Positions 58,205-64,000 of a stretch of DNA of 64,000 nt are shown one piece after another. A program made the translations under genes and the position numbers. Origin of the DNA: a bacterium (lineage in GTDB: Bacteria; Patescibacteriota; Gracilibacteria; UBA1369; PNNO01); the NCBI GenBank assembly GCA_013824265.1, contig PNNO01000003.1, forward strand, positions 12,902 through 76,901, in the 5' to 3' direction. The notes under the pieces are model-generated. The model was not told the origin of the DNA. It worked only from the letters and a program-made list of their open reading frames with translations, and made no database searches. Position 1 is the first letter of the stretch. Each line of letters opens with the position of its first letter.

Positions 58205-59596
58205 TTATATGGTTGTTGATACAATACGTTTTTCTTTTGTATGCGTATAAAGGATGACAACTTTTTGTCCCTTTTTAACCGAATTGTTTTTCTCAAGAAT
58301 TTGCTTTATGTCCTCGAGATATTTTTTTCTGCCAACCTTGCCTATAACTATTTCATTTAATCCCCATAACAGAGAAAGTTGATTCTTTGTTTTTTCGCTT
58401 GGGGTTATTACTATAGTAGGGATATAAGATCTGTGTTTTGAAATATATTGTGCTGATTTCCCGGATAAAGTAACAACTATTATGTTTTTTGCATTTGTTG
58501 CTTCCGCAAGCTGGCAGGTCTCGAATCCAAGTGCGTCATAATAATCCACTTTGTCGTTAATTGATCTTACCGGTAAAAGCTGATTATGTTTTTTTAATTC
58601 TTTTTCAACAGTTTGCGCAACTTTTGCAAAAACTTTTACAGCTTTAACTGGGTATTTGCCGACAGCGGATTCGTTCGAAAGCATTATTGCATCCGTGTGA
58701 TCGAAAATTGCATTTGCAGTGTCGCTTACCTCCGCACGTGTTGGCTGAGGACTATCTATCATGGATTGCAACATCTGAGTTGCCGTTATAACCGGCTTGC
58801 CTGCCAAATTACACTTTCTTATCATTTCTTTTTGAACGATAGGTACTTTTTCAGGTCCTATTTCCATTGCCAAATCTCCGCGTGCAACCATTAATGCGTC
58901 CGCAACAGCTATTATTTCATCAAGATTTTTAACAGCCTGCGCTCTTTCTATTTTTGCAATAACTTTTACATTTTTTTCTCCGATAAGTTTTTTTACATCA
59001 AGAACGTCTTTGGCTTCTTTTATAAAAGAAAGCGCTACATAGTCGATTCCGTGCTTAAGTCCGAAAATTAAATCTTTTTTGTCTTTGGCTGTTATTGCAG
59101 CTGTGGTTATGTTCCCGTTTGGGACGTTAATTCCTTTATTCTTTTTTATAACTCCGTCATTTTGGCAGATACAAACAATATCCTTGTTTGTAATTTTTTT
59201 AACTTTCAATTCAATTAATCCGTCATCTATAAGCAGAACCGAATTTCTTTTAACGTCTCTATAAAGATCTTTATATTGAACCGGTATCTTTTTCCCGCTT
59301 TGTTTATCACAAGTTAGGACTATTTCTTCATTTTTTTTAACTTCAATGCCATTGTCGCTTATTGTCCCGATTCTTATTTTTGGACCTTGCAGATCCTGCA
59401 TTATTGCAAGCGGAATATTTAATTTTTTTGCTATTTTACGAATATTTTTAATTAATTCGGCATGATGACTGTAATCACCATGTGAGAAATTTAATCTTGC
59501 TACGTCCATTCCTGCGCGCATCATTTCTTCAAGAATTTTTGTACTCTCTGATGCGGGGCCAAGCGTGCAGACGAATTTTGTGTTTTGTACTCTCAT
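58205..59596 (-). CDS. pyk: Pyruvate kinase.
   Basis: TKFVCTLGPASES, MDVARLNFSHG, MVARGDLAMEIG. 463 aa. Confidence 0.92.
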   Translation of the reverse strand: MRVQNTKFVCTLGPASESTKILEEMMRAGMDVARLNFSHGDYSHHAELIKNIRKIAKKLNIPLAIMQDLQGPKIRIGTISDNGIEVKKNEEIVLTCDKQSGKKIPVQYKDLYRDVKRNSVLLIDDGLIELKVKKITNKDIVCICQNDGVIKKNKGINVPNGNITTAAITAKDKKDLIFGLKHGIDYVALSFIKEAKDVLDVKKLIGEKNVKVIAKIERAQAVKNLDEIIAVADALMVARGDLAMEIGPEKVPIVQKEMIRKCNLAGKPVITATQMLQSMIDSPQPTRAEVSDTANAIFDHTDAIMLSNESAVGKYPVKAVKVFAKVAQTVEKELKKHNQLLPVRSINDKVDYYDALGFETCQLAEATNAKNIIVVTLSGKSAQYISKHRSYIPTIVITPSEKTKNQLSLLWGLNEIVIGKVGRKKYLEDIKQILEKNNSVKKGQKVVILYTHTKEKRIVSTTI

Positions 59597-59637
59597 TTAA
59601 ATTGGTTTTTCATTTAAAAAGCAATTAACTTCATTAA

Positions 59638-59666
59638 ATTATACCAGAAAACTGCGTATTTATTAA
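59638..59666 (-). promoter_or_regulatory. Promoter TTAATA-17-TGgTATAAT (extended -10) upstream of pyk.
   Basis: Read on the minus strand in the 98-nt glmS-pyk gap: -35 at 59666-59661, TGn at 59646-59644, -10 at 59643-59638. Confidence 0.45.
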
Positions 59667-59694
59667 GGCCTATAGCTTCTTGATTCTATTTTGC

Positions 59695-61476
59695 TTACTT
59701 AACTGTTACGCTTTTTGCCAGATTACGTGGCATGTCGGGATTATTTTTTCTTAAAACAGCCAATTGATAAGCTAGAATTTGTATTGGAATAATATTTACG
59801 ATAGGGGACGCGGCTCCAACCTCAGGGACTTTTATCCAGTAATCAAAAACATCATTGCTTTCGGGAGAAATCCCGATAATGTATCCTCCTCTTGCCTTTA
59901 CTTCCATGGCGTTGCTTATAATTTCATGCTTTGTTTCATCATTTGCAACTATAGCTATACAAGGAACTCCCTCGTGAATTAAGGCTATGGGTCCATGTTT
60001 AAGTTCTCCTCCGGCAAATCCTTCCGCGTGTATGTATGAAACTTCTTGTAGTTTTATTGCAGCTTCAAGCGCGATAGGGTAGTTAACACCTTTTCCTATA
60101 ACATACATGCTTTCAACATCCTGTATTTTTTGTGCCAATTGTAAGATGTGCTCCTCGTAACGTGGATTTAACATGTCATTTATTTGGCTTGCCGTATTTA
60201 CAAGTAAAATTTTTCCTTCTTCAAGTCTTTTATCAAGAGCATATGCAAGAAGTGTAAGTATCGCGATTTGAGCGGTAGTGGCTTTTGTTGAAGCTACAGC
60301 TTTTTCTGGTCCCGCTTTTATATTGATTGAATAGTCCGAAATTCTGTCCATTGATGATCCTTCAACATTAATTATTGAAAGAACTTTTGCTCCTTTTTTC
60401 TTCGCGACTTCTATAGCCTCAAGTGTGTCCGCTGTTTCACCGCTTTGAGATACCGCAATTACAAGGCTTCTGTCCGTAATGAAATCCTGCAAGCTTGGGA
60501 ATTCTGATCCAAAAGCAACGTTCACGTGTCTTTTTGCTATTTTTGCGAACAGGTATGACGCTGTTAAACAAACTTTTCCCGCCGTTCCGCAACCAACCAA
60601 GTATGTTCCGTATGCATTCTTAATTTCGTCAGCTATTTTCATTAATTTTGTTTCATCCTGATTTATTGCACGGGTTATTGTTTCTTTTTGCTCGGTTATT
60701 TCTTTTATCATGAAATGTGAGAATTCACCTTTCTCGGCGCTTTCCGGATTCCAATCTATTTCAACGATTCTTTTTTCTATCTTCTTGTTGGTTTTTAGAT
60801 CAAAGAATTGTGCATCGTCGTTTATGATTACCATTTGATCGTCATCCAAATACATAACTTTTCGCGTGTATTCCAAAAAAGCCGGGATATCGGATGCTAT
60901 GAAAAATTCCTTTTCTCCTTTTCCTATGATTAACGGAGATCCTCTTCTTGCCGCTATTAATCTGTTATCTTCGGCACACAAAACAAGTATCGCATAACGT
61001 CCCTGTAGTCTTGAAAGAGCCTTTTTTATAGCTTCCACATGACCAAGAGATTTGTACTCCTGTATGAGATGAGCAACCACTTCCGTATCTGTTTCGGATC
61101 TAAATTCATAACCTTTACCCTGTAATTCTTTTTTAAGTTCCGCAAAATTTTCTATTATTCCGTTGTGAACTATGGCTATGCTTTCATCCTGAGAATAATG
61201 AGGATGGGCGTTTGCTTTTGTAACTCCGCCATGAGTGGCCCACCTGGAATGACCCATTGCCATTTGGCTTTCAATTGGAACATTCATTTTTTCTCTAAGA
61301 GTAGATACATCAAACTCACCGATTTTGCCGACTTCTTTGTGTATGCTTATTTTATGATCCGTTTTAAAAGCAACTCCCCAGGAGTCATAACCTCTATATT
61401 CGAGTTTTTTAAGTCCGTTTATAACAAGCTCTGCCGCGTTTGTTTTTTCACCTTTGTAGGCAAATATTCCGCACAT
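59695..61476 (-). CDS. glmS: Glutamine-fructose-6-phosphate aminotransferase.
   Basis: MCGIFAYKG Ntn-Cys start, two SIS domains, C-terminal NLAKSVTVK. 593 aa. Confidence 0.95.
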   Translation of the reverse strand: MCGIFAYKGEKTNAAELVINGLKKLEYRGYDSWGVAFKTDHKISIHKEVGKIGEFDVSTLREKMNVPIESQMAMGHSRWATHGGVTKANAHPHYSQDESIAIVHNGIIENFAELKKELQGKGYEFRSETDTEVVAHLIQEYKSLGHVEAIKKALSRLQGRYAILVLCAEDNRLIAARRGSPLIIGKGEKEFFIASDIPAFLEYTRKVMYLDDDQMVIINDDAQFFDLKTNKKIEKRIVEIDWNPESAEKGEFSHFMIKEITEQKETITRAINQDETKLMKIADEIKNAYGTYLVGCGTAGKVCLTASYLFAKIAKRHVNVAFGSEFPSLQDFITDRSLVIAVSQSGETADTLEAIEVAKKKGAKVLSIINVEGSSMDRISDYSINIKAGPEKAVASTKATTAQIAILTLLAYALDKRLEEGKILLVNTASQINDMLNPRYEEHILQLAQKIQDVESMYVIGKGVNYPIALEAAIKLQEVSYIHAEGFAGGELKHGPIALIHEGVPCIAIVANDETKHEIISNAMEVKARGGYIIGISPESNDVFDYWIKVPEVGAASPIVNIIPIQILAYQLAVLRKNNPDMPRNLAKSVTVK

Positions 61477-61487
61477 AGTAATTAATT

Positions 61488-62804
61488 TTAAGCCTTATAA
61501 ATATTCATTGCGTGAGGATTGTGCAGGATCTGAGTTCTAATTACTTCATCAGCTTTTTCCTGCTCAATATCAAGTGTCCACTTTTTCCCTGAGGATATTT
61601 TACTAACTCCGGGAATGGAAAAATGTGTTTTTACAGTCTGTAATATATTCTCTCCGACAGTATCTTCTTTGTCGAAAGTAAGATAAGCATTTTTGTTCGT
61701 ATTTTGGCTTTTTACCTCACTAAGTCCATGTTCTTTTTCGTAATCAAAAGCTTTGCCTTCTATGAAAATTGTAGGTATTTCTTTCGCAAGGTTTACAAGT
61801 TCTCCCGATTCTATCAAATCGATTGCGGTTTTAACCGGATCAATTCCGGATTCAAGATTAATCCCAAAATATTTCTGCTTCTTTAATTTCATGTTTGTAA
61901 ATCCAATACTTTTTATTGCATATTCAATTGTTCTTTCCTCATTATCCGTTATCACCGTATCGACAAGTATTTCGAAAGTAGGCTTTTTGTAGTCTAAAAC
62001 AATGTCTTTTACGACTGTTTCACGCTTTGCAACAACAGAGTCTTTTTTTGTTATTGTGAAAGATTTCCCAACATAATCTCTCATGGAATCGAATATTGCC
62101 TGCCCGTTTTTTGTTCTTTCCGGATGAGGCATAAGGGACATAACATTTCCTTCCGGATTGCATATGCCGGCCAAATTCAAAATTGCCCCATTTGGATTTA
62201 CGGGGAACTCATTAACTATGTTTCCGTCTTTATCACAATATTTGAATACAGCTTGTTCGTTATTTTCTATCAATTTAACAAGTTCTTCATCCATGGTGGT
62301 GTATCTTCCTTCCGCATGTGCAACAGGAATACGCATTACATGATTTTGATCATACTTGTTAAACGCGCTTCTTCCTGCGGGAGCCGCATTTTTTATGTAA
62401 ATCCAATCGTTGTAAAATCCGGTTCCAAGAATTTTTCCGTTTTTATCAATACGTTTATTCCATGCCAAAGCCATTTCTACGTGATTTTCATCAAGTCCTG
62501 GAATAAGTTTTGATTCAAGTATTATTTGCGCTCCGTTACAAACTCCAAGTACAGGTTTTCCTTTTGCCGCTTCTTTTTTAATCTTGTCGAGTAGGGGATT
62601 CTTTGATGCTATAACGCCCGATCTGCCTCTGTCTTCATACGAAAATCCGCCCGGAAGAAAGAATCCGTCGAACTCGGAATAATCGGTTTCCGTGTCGTTC
62701 CACATTATCAACTTCGGATCCATGTCCGATCTTTTTAATGCACGCATGGCCTCAAGCTCACAGTTTGTTCCCGGGAACAATATTACGGCAATTTTCGGTG
62801 TCAT
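61488..62804 (-). CDS. purQ: FGAM synthase glutaminase subunit PurQ fused to two PurS-like modules.
   Basis: PurQ: IAVILFPGTNCELE, GVCNGAQ (catalytic Cys), MPHPER. C-terminal aa ~276-349 and ~372-437 each resemble PurS (DNEERTIEYAIKSIGFTNMKLKKQKYFGINL; DTVGENILQTVKTHFSIPGVSKISSGKKWTLDI...ILHNPHAMNIYK). Confidence 0.78.
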   Translation of the reverse strand: MTPKIAVILFPGTNCELEAMRALKRSDMDPKLIMWNDTETDYSEFDGFFLPGGFSYEDRGRSGVIASKNPLLDKIKKEAAKGKPVLGVCNGAQIILESKLIPGLDENHVEMALAWNKRIDKNGKILGTGFYNDWIYIKNAAPAGRSAFNKYDQNHVMRIPVAHAEGRYTTMDEELVKLIENNEQAVFKYCDKDGNIVNEFPVNPNGAILNLAGICNPEGNVMSLMPHPERTKNGQAIFDSMRDYVGKSFTITKKDSVVAKRETVVKDIVLDYKKPTFEILVDTVITDNEERTIEYAIKSIGFTNMKLKKQKYFGINLESGIDPVKTAIDLIESGELVNLAKEIPTIFIEGKAFDYEKEHGLSEVKSQNTNKNAYLTFDKEDTVGENILQTVKTHFSIPGVSKISSGKKWTLDIEQEKADEVIRTQILHNPHAMNIYKA

Positions 62805-62817
62805 ATCTGTTGAAATT

Positions 62818-63885
62818 TTATAGTTCTATAAGTGCATCTTTAAGCTCTTTTGGAGCTTTGGTTATATTTGTATAACCAGCACCAGTTATTATTACCATAT
62901 CTTCTATGCGAACTCCAAAGTTTTTGGGTAGATAAATGCCCGGTTCAATGGTGGTAATCATGTTTTGTAACAACTTCTCGGGTTTTTCGCTCCCCAGATT
63001 AGGAAGTTCGTGAATATCAAGCCCTGTCCCGTGGCCAAGTCCGTGCTGAAAATTTTCTTTATATCCCGCCTTTTCAATTATTTTCATTGCCGCACCTGTT
63101 ATTTTTGATATAAGTACTCCGTTTTTTAAGCTTTTTATTGCTGCTTTTTGGGCATCAAGAACCGTTTGATAAACTTTTGACTGAAGATCGGTTGGTTTCT
63201 TTGTGAAAAAGGTTCTACTCATATCACTACAGTATCCTTTATATTTAACTCCCATATCAATAAGGATTATATCTCCTTTTTTCAGCTTTCTGTCGCTATT
63301 TTGATGGTGGGGGATTGAGCTGTTATTTCCAAAAGCAACTATTGGGATAAAGGATGTTCCGTCCGCCCCAACGGCCCGAATATTCTGAAGTATGAACCAT
63401 TCAATATCTTTCTCTGTGACTCCCGGCTTGATAAATCCAAGTGTTTTTTTAAGAAGTTTCTCGTTTATTTCCTGGGATTTTTTTAAATATTGCAGTTCTT
63501 TAACCGATTTAAACTGTCTTAATTTCTCTATAATTTGTTCCGACTTTATAAGCTTTACTCCTTTTGAAATTTTGCGAAGCCCCAGGAATTGACTGTAAGT
63601 AAGGTAATCTTCTTCAATTCCCAATGAATTTATTTTGTATTTTTTAAGAATACTTGGCCAGTCTGTTTTCCATTTTTTATCTATTTGAATGACTTCGAAT
63701 TCCTTTGGGATAATCTTTTTTGCATATTCCAGATATCGGAAATCCGTGAAGAAACAAGCTTTCTTCCTTGTTATTAAAATAAGTCCTCTGCTCCCGGTAA
63801 AGCCTGTTAAATAGTTAACATTAACGGGATTACTTATGAAAAGAGCGTTATAATTTTTAAACCGCGCTCTGATATTTTTAAGCAT
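62818..63885 (-). CDS. pepP: Xaa-Pro aminopeptidase (M24B).
   Basis: Metal ligand context DMGVKYKGYCSDMSRT, HGLGHGTGLDIHE, EPGIY, RIEDMV. Confidence 0.85.
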   Translation of the reverse strand: MLKNIRARFKNYNALFISNPVNVNYLTGFTGSRGLILITRKKACFFTDFRYLEYAKKIIPKEFEVIQIDKKWKTDWPSILKKYKINSLGIEEDYLTYSQFLGLRKISKGVKLIKSEQIIEKLRQFKSVKELQYLKKSQEINEKLLKKTLGFIKPGVTEKDIEWFILQNIRAVGADGTSFIPIVAFGNNSSIPHHQNSDRKLKKGDIILIDMGVKYKGYCSDMSRTFFTKKPTDLQSKVYQTVLDAQKAAIKSLKNGVLISKITGAAMKIIEKAGYKENFQHGLGHGTGLDIHELPNLGSEKPEKLLQNMITTIEPGIYLPKNFGVRIEDMVIITGAGYTNITKAPKELKDALIEL

Positions 63886-64000
63886 TTTGAAGGAAGTAAC
63901 GAATTATCTCTTCTTCGTTTTTAATGGTTTCCGGAATATCTTTTAGTCTGTTTATTATTTGATGTCTTCTAAATCCGAGTTTTTCCAAAGCCTTAATTGC
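63878..64000 (-). CDS. ruvA: Holliday junction helicase subunit RuvA, C-terminal fragment (rest off the right edge).
   Basis: My translation AIKALEKLGFRRHQIINRLKDIPETIKNEEEIIRYFLQNA* resembles RuvA domain III (ALxxLGYxxxE...IRxAL). 8-nt overlap with the pepP start. Confidence 0.55.
   Translation of the reverse strand, partial: AIKALEKLGFRRHQIINRLKDIPETIKNEEEIIRYFLQNA

Overview
Gene-dense, AT-rich bacterial chromosomal segment read with the standard code (TGA, TAA and TAG all end well-supported genes, e.g. ruvC ends in TGA). I support about 50 protein genes, one tRNA-Arg(UCG), four promoter-like sites with reasonable geometry and three hairpin terminators. I saw no rRNA, CRISPR array, transposase or integrase. 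Most genes are recognisable housekeeping genes: partial K+-independent H+-PPase, Rel/SpoT, recO, ftsX, gatCA, holA, tpiA, hpf, murE, truB, a WecA-like GT4 transferase, dnaG-rpoD-greA, lgt, pyrG, trpS, priA, an RND pump with adaptor, secDF, manC, gpmI, pilD, ruvC, pyk, glmS, purQ, pepP and partial ruvA. Genes often abut or overlap by 1-20 nt (ATGA, TAATG, TGATG junctions). Recognisable Shine-Dalgarno sequences are mostly absent. This style, the giant ORFan proteins, a type IV prepilin peptidase and archaeal-type enzymes suggest a small-genome uncultivated lineage (CPR/Patescibacteria-like); that placement is inference only. The strongest candidate for an undescribed system is the minus-strand three-gene unit at 12216-21951. 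It has its own promoter-like site and terminator and encodes: (1) a ~1820-1847 aa lysine-rich protein with no signal peptide and an internal glycine-zipper/beta-strand-like hydrophobic core; (2) a small membrane-anchored beta-rich protein; (3) a 1190 aa secreted, very acidic, Cys-rich protein. Other notable items: a parvulin PPIase domain inserted in SecD of a 1069 aa SecDF; an RND pump with a greatly elongated adaptor hairpin and no outer-membrane factor; an archaeal-type TIM; an archaeal RibL-like nucleotidyltransferase plus a stand-alone riboflavin kinase; a PurQ-PurS-PurS fusion; an RSH protein with a degenerate HD motif; a PE-repeat bitopic protein; a membrane protein with a duplicated GspF/PilC-N-like module; and a 3 x 52-residue repeat protein behind a near-consensus promoter.
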